DNA from: Dudresnaya verticillata
Taxonomy: Eukaryota
DNA length: 64,000 bases
Assembly (NCBI GenBank): GCA_977862235.1
Contig: OZ374561.1
Span: forward strand, 2,046,001-2,110,000
Direction of reading: 5' to 3'
Of the stretch, positions 13,200 to 24,583 are shown in pieces. Numbering within the stretch: the stretch's first letter is position 1; each line of letters starts with the position of its first letter. The position numbers and the translations under genes are program-made. The notes beneath the pieces were generated by a model. It did no database searches, was not told where the DNA came from, and saw nothing but the letters and a program-made list of their open reading frames with translations.

Positions 13200-14800
13200 G
13201 AAAGGAGACAAGGTTGCTTCCCAAGACCCAAAGGCGTCTTGGTTCACTCATCTCACATCTCATTTAAGCAAGGCCCCTGCTGTCCTAGATGAACAGCACT
13301 GCCGAGAAAATGAATCTGGCCTTCTGACTGAGTTGCTCAGCCAGCATCATATACCAATAATGAAACTCCTTATTCAAATGCAACGATACAGTCAACTGAA
13401 TTCTGGTCTGGAGCTGGTGCAACACAGATTCTACCGGTATGGAGCCATCAATAGTGGAAGATACCGCAAGCCTGGTGGTGGTAACAAACTTGCCTGTTTC
13501 ATATCTAATTTGATCTACTCGTCAATTTGGAACTGTCATATAATATGTCTATCTCTTGGATTATCCAGTTTCAAAATACTCCTGTGAATTTGCTGTTCCT
13601 CCCCTGGACGTTGAAGGGTAGTAATGCCTGTATATAGAATCATGTGTATGTGACAGAAGTGATCTGGCAACCATGACGCCCAAGGACTCTATGTGTAGAC
13701 CTGCTGACCGACCAAATGTGGCCATTCTAACTTGTATAGTGTGGAGGCCAACGGATGGCAGAACCTATGCCTCATCTACGATGATCGGAAAGCCCTATTA
13801 CTAATGGAGTGCTTACTCACACGCTCCAAAAGCCCCTGGCGGAATTTTGTATCGTAGAACGCACCTGACAGCCTTTTGGAGTTTGCAATAGAAGGTTTGA
13901 GGGCGGAATGGGCTTAAGGAGAGCCATCTGGAGGTACCCAAATGCAGGGTTCAAAGAATGCTGCATTCCTCGTTCTGCTTGTGCAATGACAACGAAGCAG
14001 TTCTAGTTCTCCATCTCCAATAGTCTACTGGCAGTAGATGCATTGAGTTTCTTTTCAGACATTGCAGAATATGAAGCAGTTTCCTTGAGATGCGCTTGCC
14101 AGTAAAGAAGCTCTACCACTACCAGCGTATCTTCTTTTCACATAGCCGCAAATGAGTGCTGATCCAGGGCGTCTTAATTCCGACTAGTAGTGCGGCATCA
14201 CGATGTCGTGGCAACCACCCTTTGGATTCCACTAGTGCCTGTATCACTAAAATGAATGGCTAAGTAGAGGATGTTCCGCATATGAACTCATAGAGTTTGA
14301 CGATGAGGGTAAATTCACCTGGCGTACAGTTCTGAAAAGAAGCCTTTTGGCCGGCGTAAAAAGCAAGATGCCCTTCAGAGCACAGCAGTTGTTGCAGATC
14401 CCTAACTCGGCTGCTTACAACATGCCCAGTCCTGATGGTTCTGTTTGGAACAACCTGGGAATTCACTTGTACAGTACTGCAGTATCCCAGTGTAATGGTG
14501 CAAGTCAATAGTATTGGGGGTATCACGATGCAAATAGAAGTTGGCTGTACACATTCAGGTCGCCGTTTAGCATGGCAGTGTTGGTAACATTGAGAAATGA
14601 TGGTCGTCCTGGCTATCGACTATGTTCTGAGTGGTTTCGTACGAACCGCCTGGCCACAGCACTGCAGCAATTGGCCCTGCCTACCCAGTAGCCCCTGGGT
14701 TGCAATCAGCGTCCACACCCATGCTTTGCAAGAACGATATGAATGCCGACCCCAGGATATTTGAGAAAGCCTGGTTGATGATGTGACTCAGTTATGCTAC
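13200..14800 (+). mobile_element. Possible heavily decayed non-LTR retrotransposon (CRE-like/RLE type)
   Basis: Scattered remnants in the expected order across broken frames: YGA...RKPGGG (~13440-13480), GGMGLRRA (~13900-13925), C..G...YHDA (~14490-14530). No intact ORF. Confidence 0.3.
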
Positions 14801-14923
14801 AATGGTTCACATTCACATTCAAGTGGACCGCAGCAGTGCTTGCATAGGAGCTTCTCTTGGAGATATGATTATTGAAAGCGTAGCGTTAGTGTGTTCGGGG
14901 CCGCAACGGCGTGTCCTGGTCTC

Positions 14924-15749
14924 TCACCGTTGGATTATTCGCAGAATCTCCTGAAAGACACCGAGAAAGGACCTGTACTCTTGCTCTGTGCATTCCCGCC
15001 CGGCAGTTCGAGCGTTACGGTAGAAAGCAAGATACTGGCTGCAAAGGTCGGCGTCCAGCTCCCTGTTGAGCGCTAATCGGACCCGAGTAAGATACTCCTC
15101 AACATCACAAGCCAAGCTGCTCTTTGAAAAGTCATCTGTGAGGGGGAACTTACCCTTGCAAGCTGTGAGACTGGGATCGCGCTTAAGCGCGTGTCCCTCC
15201 AAGATGCGTAGTGAGCATCCTATGAAAGTCTTGAAGTGAACCCCTTCGTATTCAGAGCCGGGAACTCCCCACCCACAATCGTCTTTCCACGACGGCACCA
15301 CCTTCGTGTTGCGCTCTCGATCGGCTTCTTCAGATATTAGTTCATAAGCGCGCTGGAGTACCTCAACAGTTCACGTTATTGTCAGTTATTACGGCAGACA
15401 TCGAAATGGCACATCCGTTTCGATCTATTGCGGGTGCTACCGGGCAACATCATACTTACCTTTGGCAAGTCACGTAGCGTTATAAACTCGGCCGACACAA
15501 ACCCTGATCGAGCCTCCTGTACGGCACGCCAGCGCCGGTTCTTGAAGCAGCAGTGAAGCACAAGAATGAAAACCTAAACGAAAAAGCCGGGGTATGGTGA
15601 GCATGAAAATCCTGAACTGTACGTGAAGACGTTCTTCGGGCAAGCTGGAGCTGAGCTTGGGAACTTACCAACAGTACCGCAGCACCGCCTGAGATTGCCC
15701 ATTGCGGACCACCCAAGCGCTCGAAGATATTTTCTGCGGGCTCCGACAT
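14924..15749 (-). CDS. Spliced gene for a NICE-3/C1orf43-like single-pass membrane protein (~207 aa); exons 15749-15669, 15573-15460, 15352-14924
   Basis: Two phase-0 introns (GTAAGT..TTTAG, 95 nt; GTAAGT..CTCCAG, 107 nt, with ACTGAC branch-like site) join three exons into one frame: MSEPAEN...GGAAVLL/VFILVLHCCFKNRRWR...RDLPK/RAYELISEE...YLAFYRNAR...EQEYRSFLGVFQEIL. Confidence 0.7.
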
Positions 15750-16957
15750 TGTGCTCGAGGCGTGAAGGAAGGTGTGCTCGCGGTTGAATATGTTGGTGTT
15801 GAGTTGCAAGTGGGCTTGATGCGTTTTGGACCGCATGCAGCAATCGATCAGCAGAGCTACGTTCGTACCGCGGTGCTCATCCAAACGAACTTGTGCAGGC
15901 CGACGAGTTTGCTTTCTCCGCCACCTTGATGGTCATCCCTCACTGCGGTGCTATTCCATGGCAGATTCGAGACATGTAACAACGGCAGGGCCCTCTCCGG
16001 TTCGGATGGCGGAGGGTGTGCGGAAACGAAAGGCAAGTGTGCCAATAAACAACATTTCACGGAAAAAAAATATGCTCTCTGTCTCCTGTGCCTTGGCCCG
16101 AGTCTTCTGCACTCGACGGCAGATGATGCCCGTTGAAGGTGCTGGCAGTTTTCGTCCTCTTCGTTGGCCGTCAAGTGCCCTTGTGAAGCGCCTTGTGGAT
16201 CCGACCAGGTGTCGTACTGGTTCTCCGACATTCGGTTCCTCGGTGAAAGAACTGAGATTCAGAAAATGAATCCGTAGCTTGAAGAAAGATGAGTTTCGGC
16301 TTTTGGCGCCGAAAATGGGTGGTGAGGGTATGTACTGTTCTGTACATGTCTTGGGTATTTCGGCTGGCTTGCACAGGAAATGGATGAAGAAAATGGAAGT
16401 GTGAAGTCAGGCAAGAAGACACGGAATGACGCCATCGGTGTACCCAACTGGGTTGGGTTGTACAAATGCTACCGCATAACGCTCTAAGGAGCCACTATGA
16501 TCGCTACGTTATTGCCCACGGCTTTGGCAGTTTTGCGTGCTGGTTGCCGATTGAGAAAAAAGAAGCACCGGGCTGGGATCACAAACGCTGTCTACAGAAG
16601 CTCCCGAACACGACCTGATCCCATATTTTCGGGAGGGGCTGGGTTTGCAGATAGAAGGTTTTGTCGAGATTGCTCTTGAAGGTACTAGGGGCAGGAAGCT
16701 TCCTCTCTCTGATGGCGCTGAGTGTGGTTCCGAGGTCAAGGTAATTTGTGAAAGAAATTCAGATACAAGCGACCGGCCGTTAGCGTTTTTTGTTAGCTAT
16801 GAAATAGACACTTGGAGTTAGAATGGTACTGACTTGTGCTCTGCTTTGAACGAGAACGCTGTGTTCTAATGACAGATGTAGGGACAGCAAAACTGTTGAG
16901 CTCGGCGAGACCGGGGTGTTTATGGCAATTGAGAAAGCCATGCGTCTGATGTTGCCG

Positions 16958-17803
16958 TCAGACCTTTAGAACACATCTGGACAGAGTACCATTGAAGAGC
17001 ATTGCAATGCAGTTGACCTTTCCCGGTCTATTCCCAGACCCGAAGCAATGGCAGCCCTGCTGCTCTGGATTGTTGTAACAAGCCACCCATCCTGGGATAC
17101 CGCAAAGGCCATTCTCATGCTGATGCAATGCACCCTGGTCGCTCAGGGTACCTCGATTGAAATTGTCCTCCCACCGCTTCATAGCACTGAGCCCAGCGTC
17201 GCCGGCGGTGGCGCGGAAGACATTTGTCTGAATCTGGGTACCTTCAACAAAATAGCCATCGACGCTCTTCTTTGCGGGGCCCCTGGTGAGCGAGTTGACC
17301 ACAAGCGGGGCGGCATGATGGTCTGGGACGTTGCACCATGCACGGACATCGATCTTGGTGTCGACGTCGACAAAGATGACCTTGGAACGCGGGCGCAACC
17401 GGAGCTCATCGCGCGCGGCGGGGACGTCGCACCACTTGTCCGACGCGCGACGGCCGTTGTGCATGACCATATCGATGGCGTAGAAGGCGAAGGCGTAGTG
17501 CGAGCGGCTGTAGTAGGCCCAGTACGAGTCTGCGCCCGGGGTGTTGGGGGTGTGGCAGCCGACGACGACGCACGACTCGTTTCCGGGCGACGCGCGGCGG
17601 CGGACGTTGATGAGCTCCATGGCGTCCGGGTTGAGCGCGGCGCGGGGCGCGGCGGGCGCTGCCACGGGCTTGGAGAACGACGGCGGGGTCGGGAAGCGCG
17701 GGCCCGTGATGAGCCCCATGATGAACAGGAAGGCGCCGAAGCAGGCGGCGGCGAGGTTGCGGCCGAAGGAGGAGACGTGCTGCTGCTGCGAGAGCTTGGT
17801 CAT
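16958..17803 (-). CDS. Type II membrane protein, putative DxD glycosyltransferase
   Basis: 281-aa ORF with an N-terminal TM helix (ACFGAFLFIMGLI), a Pro/Ala stem, VIFVDVDT (DxD after a hydrophobic strand) and a DQG motif. Confidence 0.55.
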   Translation of the reverse strand: MTKLSQQQHVSSFGRNLAAACFGAFLFIMGLITGPRFPTPPSFSKPVAAPAAPRAALNPDAMELINVRRRASPGNESCVVVGCHTPNTPGADSYWAYYSRSHYAFAFYAIDMVMHNGRRASDKWCDVPAARDELRLRPRSKVIFVDVDTKIDVRAWCNVPDHHAAPLVVNSLTRGPAKKSVDGYFVEGTQIQTNVFRATAGDAGLSAMKRWEDNFNRGTLSDQGALHQHENGLCGIPGWVACYNNPEQQGCHCFGSGNRPGKVNCIAMLFNGTLSRCVLKV

Positions 17804-18312
17804 GGCGGGCGGAGGGTGGTTACCGCGGGGGTTGCGCGGCGGCTAGGGTGGGTGGGGGCGGTGGCTTGCATGTTTTTGGAGGGGGGGCTGGATGGGGGTG
17901 AGGGGTGTATGTAGTGTTGGTCGGGCGGGCGGGAGGGGAAGCGGACAGACAGTGGGGGTCGGAGCGGGGGTTGGGGGACCGACAGCGGGTAGGGACAGGA
18001 CGGGACGGGACGGGGTGGGACGGGTCGGGACGCGGTGCGTGGGCGAGCGGCGGGCGGTGGTGGGGAGGCCGCGGACAGGTGCGGGCGCGCGGCACGGCGT
18101 CACGGCGCAAGCGCAAAAAAAGGCGGCGGGTCCGGGAATGAATCTTGTCACGGTCCATTCGTCATGGCGTGGCGTGGCGGCCCCCGCAGATCGTCGATCT
18201 TCGCGCATGCAGCGCCGCGCCGCCGAACGCTATATTTATCGATGCTCTCCACTCATGTTCGCGCTTACGTCACCGACCAAACTCCGCCTACCCTACCGCC
18301 GCATTGTCCGAT

Positions 18313-19578
18313 CTAGTTGCCCACCACCAGTCCGTTGGCCGACGCCTCAAACTCCTCTTCCTCCGAGTCCATCTCTTCCTCCTCCTCCCGCTCCGCTTTC
18401 TCCTGCTCCTCCTCTTCCTCCTCTAGCTCGCGCTCTTGCTCCTCTTCTTCCTCTTCCTCCTCGTCCTCCTCGTCCTCCAGCTCCTCCAGCTCCTTGGCCT
18501 CTTGCTCCTGAACCCCCTTCGCCTCAACCTCTTCCTCCTCTTCCTCCTCAGCATACTCATCCCCGAGCCTCGACGCCACATGCTCGCTCTCCACAGCCTT
18601 GTCCTCCACGCTGCTCTTCACACCTGCCTGCACCTCGTACTCCACCTCGCCCACAAAGTCCTGCGCCCCAGCGGCCACATCAGTCGCGTCCTCATACACG
18701 TCCACGTCCACAGCCACCTCTCTCACCTCTTCCACGCTCACCTCGGCGTCGTCTGCACGTGCTACGCCCGCCGCAGCGGCAATACCACCGCCCACAGCTG
18801 CGGCTCCAGCCGCGCCAGCCGCGGCGTACGCGCCAGCCCCGACTCCGTCATCATCAGCCCTCTCCAGTATACCCTCACCCGATTCCTTGCTCAGCTGTAC
18901 GTCCGCCGCAGCCCCTGACACAGCCAACGGAGTTGCCGTTGGCAGCGGGAGCGCGGCTGTATCCTCCTGCTGCTTCGATGGCGGCGGGGCAATGGTCGGC
19001 ATAGCCGGGCCCGGCCCGGCGTCCGGCGAGTGCTCGCAGTGGAAGGTCACGACACGCACGTTGCCGCCATAGTTGGGGACTAGGACCATGGTGCCGCTCT
19101 CGGCCGACCCGGCGAGGCGGATGCGCGAATAGAAGGCCGACACGCTCGTGCGCAAAGTGTAGAACGAGTACTTGCGCAGCAGACGCAGAGCGACCGGGAC
19201 ACGTAGGGAATCCGTCTCGACGTACAGAAACCACAGGAAGACGTCTGCGTTCTCGTCGCAAGAGCCTAGCACGTGGACGGGGTCAGTGGCCGGGGTCTGC
19301 AGAAACTCGAGGTCGACAATGGGGGCCTTGTGGCCCTTGAGCGACAGGCCCAGCAGGCGGGCGTTGGCCTTGATGGCGACGTTGAGCGCGGCGCTCGGCG
19401 CGTGGGCCAGCGACGCGTCCGGGACGACGTAGGCCGACAGACGCGCCAGCGGGTTGGTGGCCGAGCGGCGGGCCGTGCGCTTCGGGACGTTGCCCGGGAT
19501 GGCGATCACGGCCGGCTGCTGGGTAGGCGGGGCGCCGGGGAGCGGGAGGCCTGCGGTGAGCGGGGCGGGGGCGTGCAT
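18313..19578 (-). CDS. Partial WD40 protein with acidic C-terminal tail (resembles the first half of the EDC4/VARICOSE propeller)
   Basis: Start MHAPAP at 19578; WD-like repeat LKGHKAPIVDLEF...LGSCDENADVFLW; long Glu-rich tail. Confidence 0.6.
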   Translation of the reverse strand: MHAPAPLTAGLPLPGAPPTQQPAVIAIPGNVPKRTARRSATNPLARLSAYVVPDASLAHAPSAALNVAIKANARLLGLSLKGHKAPIVDLEFLQTPATDPVHVLGSCDENADVFLWFLYVETDSLRVPVALRLLRKYSFYTLRTSVSAFYSRIRLAGSAESGTMVLVPNYGGNVRVVTFHCEHSPDAGPGPAMPTIAPPPSKQQEDTAALPLPTATPLAVSGAAADVQLSKESGEGILERADDDGVGAGAYAAAGAAGAAAVGGGIAAAAGVARADDAEVSVEEVREVAVDVDVYEDATDVAAGAQDFVGEVEYEVQAGVKSSVEDKAVESEHVASRLGDEYAEEEEEEEVEAKGVQEQEAKELEELEDEEDEEEEEEEEQERELEEEEEEQEKAEREEEEEMDSEEEEFEASANGLVVGN

Positions 19579-20219
19579 GTTGGGGGTGTGTGCTTGGGTG
19601 CGTGGGTGTGGGTGTGGGTGTGGGTGTGGGTGTGGGTGTGGGTGGTGTGCGATAGCGATAGTGTGTGAAAGGGGGCCGGAGGGGGAGAGGGGGCGGGGAT
19701 GGGGCGCGGCTGTTAAGCGCGGCGGTTGAGCGCGGCTGTTGGGCGGGGGGTGCTGAGCGCGGCGGTTGAGCGCGGAGCGGGGACGGGGTGGGGTGGGGTG
19801 GGGACGAGGGAGCGGCAGACTGCTGCGAAGCGCGGCGGGTGGCGAAGGGGCAGACTGCATGAAGCGGCGGGCGGGGCTGCGGCGCGGACACAACGCGGTT
19901 TCGAAGGGGCGGAGGCGCGCGGCTGCGGGCCGTTGCGCGCGGCGCGCGCGTGACGGCGCGGGCCACGTGTCGGGAGCGGCCGCGGCCACGCGCGCGCCCT
20001 CCAGCGCCGCGTCACGCGCGCGTCACGCGCGCGCCGCGCGACGCGCGCTGCGCTCCCTGCCGCTGTTTAGGCAGCTCCGCGCGCACGCCCGCCCCCGCCG
20101 CCCTCCCCCCCCCGCCCTCGCCCTGTCGCGACACCCCCCTTGGACCTCCGCGCGGAACGCAGCCCGTCCACCGTCCCCGCCGCGCCCCGCCCGCCGCTGC
20201 CGCCGCCGCGCCCCCACCC

Positions 20220-20261
<42 letters not shown>

Positions 20262-20265
20262 TGCC

Positions 20266-22113
20266 ATGGCTTCCAACCGCTTCGACGAGGCCCCGCCTCT
20301 CCCGCGCGAGCCCACCGCCCTGTCCGTCCCGGCCGTCATGCGCCCCGCCCCGCCCGTCGACGACCCCGCCGCCGACGAGCAAGCCACCGCCCTCCCGGTC
20401 GACGCCGCGGCCCTCCCGCCGCCGCCCAAGTTTCCGTCCCTCACGGACGTAGCCCTGCCGCGTGCGCAGGAGGCCGCGGACGCCGTCGCCGCGGCGGCCG
20501 CGCCCGCCCCCGCGCCGGAGCTCGACCCTGCGCCCGCGCCGGAGCCGGTGGAACAGTCGGAACAGCCGGAACAGCCGGACACGGCACCGGCGCCGGTGCC
20601 CGCGCGCGCCGGGCTCGGCGCCGACATCCAGGCCGCCATCGCGCGCGGCGCTGTCAAGCCCGGCACTGGCGCCAAGAAGGCCATCGAGGCCGGCCAGCGC
20701 GTGTGGACTGAGGATGATCAGGAGTATCTGGACAGTCTGCTGGCCGACGGCCGCATGGTCCTGGTTCCGCCGGATGTCGCCGCGGCCGACATGCCGCGCC
20801 TGCGTCGCGCCAGCTTCGTCCCGGTCGCGGTCGACGGGTCGGACATCACCGCCGAGGCCCGCGAGGCGGGCGTCGGCGCCGACCGCGTCGCAGGTTGGAA
20901 CCAGGTCGTACCCATGGAGGAGGACGACTCGTCCGATGCTCACCGCGGCATTGCCGTCGCCCCGCTTCCCGTCCCCGTCCCGCTTCCCGGCGGTGACGCT
21001 GTGGAATCTGGCGCTGCTGCTGCGGCCGATGTTGCCCCCGCCCCTGCCCCCGCGGAGGAGGTGGCCCGTCAGGCAGACCCTGCCGCGCCTGTCGACGCTG
21101 CAGCACCTGCACCGGCCGTGGAGCAGTCTCAACCGGTGGTGGCGGCGGAGGGTGTGCAGGATGGGGAGGACGCTGCTGCCACTGGTGCTGCTGCCGCCGC
21201 TGGTGCCGAGCAGCCTGTGGACGGTGATGCTGGCATGACGGAGCGAACCGCGCCGGACGACGGTGCTCCCAGTACTTTGAACACGGCCGATGTCAGCAGG
21301 AGCATCTTTGGAGGCACCTTCCTGACCGTGCCGGTGACTTCGCGCAAGGGGCAGGCGGGAGCCGCGGGCGAGGGCGCTACTGGCGATACCGGGCAGGTAA
21401 TTACGATGGACGTCATGCTCAAGTCGGACTCTACTGCTCAGATTAATGTCACGGAAGACTATGGGCTCAAGGGTGGACATGCGTCTGGTGTGAACGATTG
21501 CGCTTTTCTGAATGACGGGACACTAGTGACGTGCGGAAATGACGGCAAGGTGTGTATCTGGGATATGTCGGATCGTACGGTGTCGAGCGAGTTTCAGCCG
21601 TATGGCGGAGAGCCCATTACGATGGTGTACCCCATGTCGGAGGGTGAAGACTCGCAAACAAAGATCATTATGACGCTGTCCAAGAGTCGTGTGCTGAGGA
21701 TTTGGACGGTGGACGACAACCAGGCGATCATGCTGCGCTCGTCCAAGATTCAGGACAGCGACAAGGACCTGTACATGAGCGTGCCAGTTATTTCCAAGGA
21801 CCTCAAGGCCAGAGCTGCGGCAGCGGCTGCTGCTGCTGCTGTGACTACGACCGACGCGCCCGAGGTTCCTGCACAGTCCGGGACATCAGATGCTACTGCG
21901 ACTACTACTACTGCGGCTGCTGCTTCTGGGGGCGTGGAGACTGTGGCGGCAGAAGTTGAAGAGGCTACTCCTATTGCAACCGAGGCTGCTGTGACGGCGG
22001 CGGCTGAGGCGGCAAAGGAAGAAGAAGAAGAAGAGAAGGAGACACGGAAGTTTTCGTTTGCCAAGGTACTGAGCTTTGGACGCACGTCGAATAGAAAGGC
22101 GGTGGCGAGCTAG
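20266..22113 (+). CDS. WD40-repeat protein with Ala/Pro/acidic N-terminus (resembles the later part of the EDC4/VARICOSE propeller)
   Basis: GCCATGG start at 20266; GHASGVNDCAF...VTCGNDGKVCIWD and ...IIMTLSKSRVLRIW repeats. Confidence 0.72.
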   Translation: MASNRFDEAPPLPREPTALSVPAVMRPAPPVDDPAADEQATALPVDAAALPPPPKFPSLTDVALPRAQEAADAVAAAAAPAPAPELDPAPAPEPVEQSEQPEQPDTAPAPVPARAGLGADIQAAIARGAVKPGTGAKKAIEAGQRVWTEDDQEYLDSLLADGRMVLVPPDVAAADMPRLRRASFVPVAVDGSDITAEAREAGVGADRVAGWNQVVPMEEDDSSDAHRGIAVAPLPVPVPLPGGDAVESGAAAAADVAPAPAPAEEVARQADPAAPVDAAAPAPAVEQSQPVVAAEGVQDGEDAAATGAAAAAGAEQPVDGDAGMTERTAPDDGAPSTLNTADVSRSIFGGTFLTVPVTSRKGQAGAAGEGATGDTGQVITMDVMLKSDSTAQINVTEDYGLKGGHASGVNDCAFLNDGTLVTCGNDGKVCIWDMSDRTVSSEFQPYGGEPITMVYPMSEGEDSQTKIIMTLSKSRVLRIWTVDDNQAIMLRSSKIQDSDKDLYMSVPVISKDLKARAAAAAAAAAVTTTDAPEVPAQSGTSDATATTTTAAAASGGVETVAAEVEEATPIATEAAVTAAAEAAKEEEEEEKETRKFSFAKVLSFGRTSNRKAVAS

Positions 22114-22626
22114 TGTTTGGTTTGCGTGTTTATGTTTCTTGTGTTCAGCGGCAGACAGCATGGGGCAAGGGGTGCGAGAATGAGGACGGAAAGGCGGTCG
22201 CTGGACACGGGCTGTAGTAGAAATCACCTGTACTTGTTTGATGCGTGCCACTTTGCGCTATGTTTGATCTTGTGCATTTCGGAGGTGCAAGAGTCACTAA
22301 TTAAAGAGATACGTCTGCAGATGTAGATGAGGACGCGATGTGGCGTGCAAGCGGGGGCGACCTGGCGGGATGTGGGGCGAAGCGGCGCGGCGCGCCGAGG
22401 TGGGTTGCGTGTTGCAGCGCGCGCTTGTTGCGCAACTGCGATACAAACTGCGGTCGCAGGCGAGGCCGTCACACGAGAGAAAACAAGCAAGCGCAGTGGT
22501 TTGCATCAACGAATAAACTGGCGGACCACGGCCAAGGAGGCGCCACGACAGATTGCGCCCGAAAAAACAGGAAAATATCTCTCTCTCCAGTCCCGCCGGG
22601 ACCAAGCCGTCGGCGCAACTTTACGC

Positions 22627-23892
22627 CTAGACGGCCGATCCCGCCTTGACACCCACACGATCCAACAGCACTGCGCCCATCTCCTTGCACCCAACCAGCT
22701 TCATGCCGTCCGACATAATATCTCCTGTTCGAAACCCGTCGTCGAGCGCGTCGCTGACCGCGCGCTCAATAGTATCTGCAATCTCGGGTTGATCGAGGTC
22801 GTACCGCATCATCATGGCCGCGGAGAGCACGCACGCCATCGGGTTGGCCTTGTTCTCGCCAGCAATGTCCGGCGCAGACCCGTGCACCGGCTCGAACAGC
22901 CCCGGCCCGGAGCCGTCGCCGAGGCTGGCGCTGGGCAGCATGCCGAGCGACCCGACGAGCATGGACGCCGCGTCGGACAGAATGTCGCCAAAGATGTTGC
23001 CGGTCACCACCGTGTCGAACTGCTTGGGGTAGCGGATCAGCTGCATGGCCGCATTGTCCACGTACATGTGCGACAGCTCGACGTCGGGGTAGTCCACCGA
23101 CATCTCCGTGATGCGATCGCGCCACAGCTGCGACACGTCCAGCACGTTGGCCTTGTCCACCGACACCAGCCGCTTGCTGCGCTTCTGTGCAATGTCGTAC
23201 GCGACGCGCCCGATGCGGTCGATCTCGTGCTCGTGGTAGATCATGTTGTTAAAGCCGACGCGCTTGCCCGTGGTGTGGTCGATCTCGAGCCCCTTGGGCG
23301 TTCCAAAGTACACATCACCGGTGAGCTCGCGCACAACCATGAGGTCGACACCCGCGACAACGTCCTTCTTAAGCGTGCTGGCGTCGACCAGCTGCGGCAG
23401 AACAATGGCCGGGCGCAGGTTTGCAAACAGGCCGAGCTCCTTGCGCAGACGCAGCAACCCGCTCTCCGGGCGGATCTCGCGCGGCAGCCCGTCCCACGCG
23501 TAGCCGCCGATGCACGCCAGCAGGATCGAGTCTGCGGCGCGGCACTTGTCCAGCGACGCGTCCGGCAGCGGGACGCCCGCGCGGTCGACGGCCACGCCGC
23601 CAATGTCGGCCTCTTCAAACGTGAACGAGACGCCGTGCACGTCGGCCGCGGCGCGCAGCACGTCGACCGCGACCGTCGTGATCTCCGGGCCGATGCCGTC
23701 GCCCGGCAGCAGCGTGACCGAGTAGTGCGACTTGCGGTGCGACGTGCGGCACGCGTCGTGCACGGCCGCGCCGTCGGCCGTGGCCACGGCCAGCGGCGCG
23801 CGCGGCGCGCGGCGGCCCGACGTGGCGCGATGCGCGGCGCGGTTGCGGCGCGACGTCGACGACGGCACTGCCGTCGGCGCCACGAAGGCCAT
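22627..23892 (-). CDS. leuB: 3-isopropylmalate dehydrogenase, plastid-targeted
   Basis: [45 protein letters not shown] and [12 protein letters not shown] motifs; MAFV... Ser/Arg/Ala-rich transit peptide. Confidence 0.97.
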   Translation of the reverse strand: MAFVAPTAVPSSTSRRNRAAHRATSGRRAPRAPLAVATADGAAVHDACRTSHRKSHYSVTLLPGDGIGPEITTVAVDVLRAAADVHGVSFTFEEADIGGVAVDRAGVPLPDASLDKCRAADSILLACIGGYAWDGLPREIRPESGLLRLRKELGLFANLRPAIVLPQLVDASTLKKDVVAGVDLMVVRELTGDVYFGTPKGLEIDHTTGKRVGFNNMIYHEHEIDRIGRVAYDIAQKRSKRLVSVDKANVLDVSQLWRDRITEMSVDYPDVELSHMYVDNAAMQLIRYPKQFDTVVTGNIFGDILSDAASMLVGSLGMLPSASLGDGSGPGLFEPVHGSAPDIAGENKANPMACVLSAAMMMRYDLDQPEIADTIERAVSDALDDGFRTGDIMSDGMKLVGCKEMGAVLLDRVGVKAGSAV

Positions 23893-23907
23893 GGTGCTGT
23901 GTGCGGG

Positions 23908-23944
<37 letters not shown>

Positions 23945-24583
23945 CGGAGCTGCGGGGGCGGAGCTGCAGGGGCGGGCGGTACAGGGAAAGCAGTGTTTGC
24001 AATGTGACCGCGGGGTAGGTCTGCGCGGGCGCGGCCGGTGGCGTCCTTGCGGCGAGGTCATGCGACTGGGCAGATGCGCGGGCCGAGTCGCGGGCGGGCG
24101 GTTGGTGGTGCGAGCGGTGCGGGGCGAATGTGTGATGCTCAGGCTGGGGGCTTACAGCGAGCATTACACGAGAGGAGGCGCGTAATTGAAATTGGGGCAA
24201 TTGTTCTGTCGCAAATGTAATGATTTGTTCGGCGCGCGAAATGCCACGCCAGCGGCGCCGCCATAACTCTCGGCGCGCAGAATACGGACACGTGGATTGC
24301 GAGCGCACAGCGCCTGGCGCCCGCACGAAAGGGGGCGCGCGCGCGCTTCCATGACGGCGCCGGCGTGTGCGCACTGTGGCAGCGCTGTCGCGCCGCGCGC
24401 TCCTCTCGCCGCGCGCGCCGCGCAATCTCGTCGTCACCGCGCGTCGTCAAAATTCCCCATTCGCCGATCCGCCCCCGTCGTCAATCCACGCGCCGCGCCG
24501 CCCGCAGTCAACCTCGTCTGCACTCCGCCCGCCGCCGCCGCCGCCGCCGCCCGCTTCGCCGCCCCCCCCATCGCACCCCCGTC

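Noticed and set aside
15452..15462. ATACTTACCT resembling the U1 snRNA 5' end
   Set aside because: It is the reverse complement of the intron donor AG|GTAAGTAT of the minus-strand gene; no U1 body follows.
22327..24018. 563-aa ORF antisense to leuB
   Set aside because: Antisense shadow caused by high GC3 codon bias; no independent motifs.
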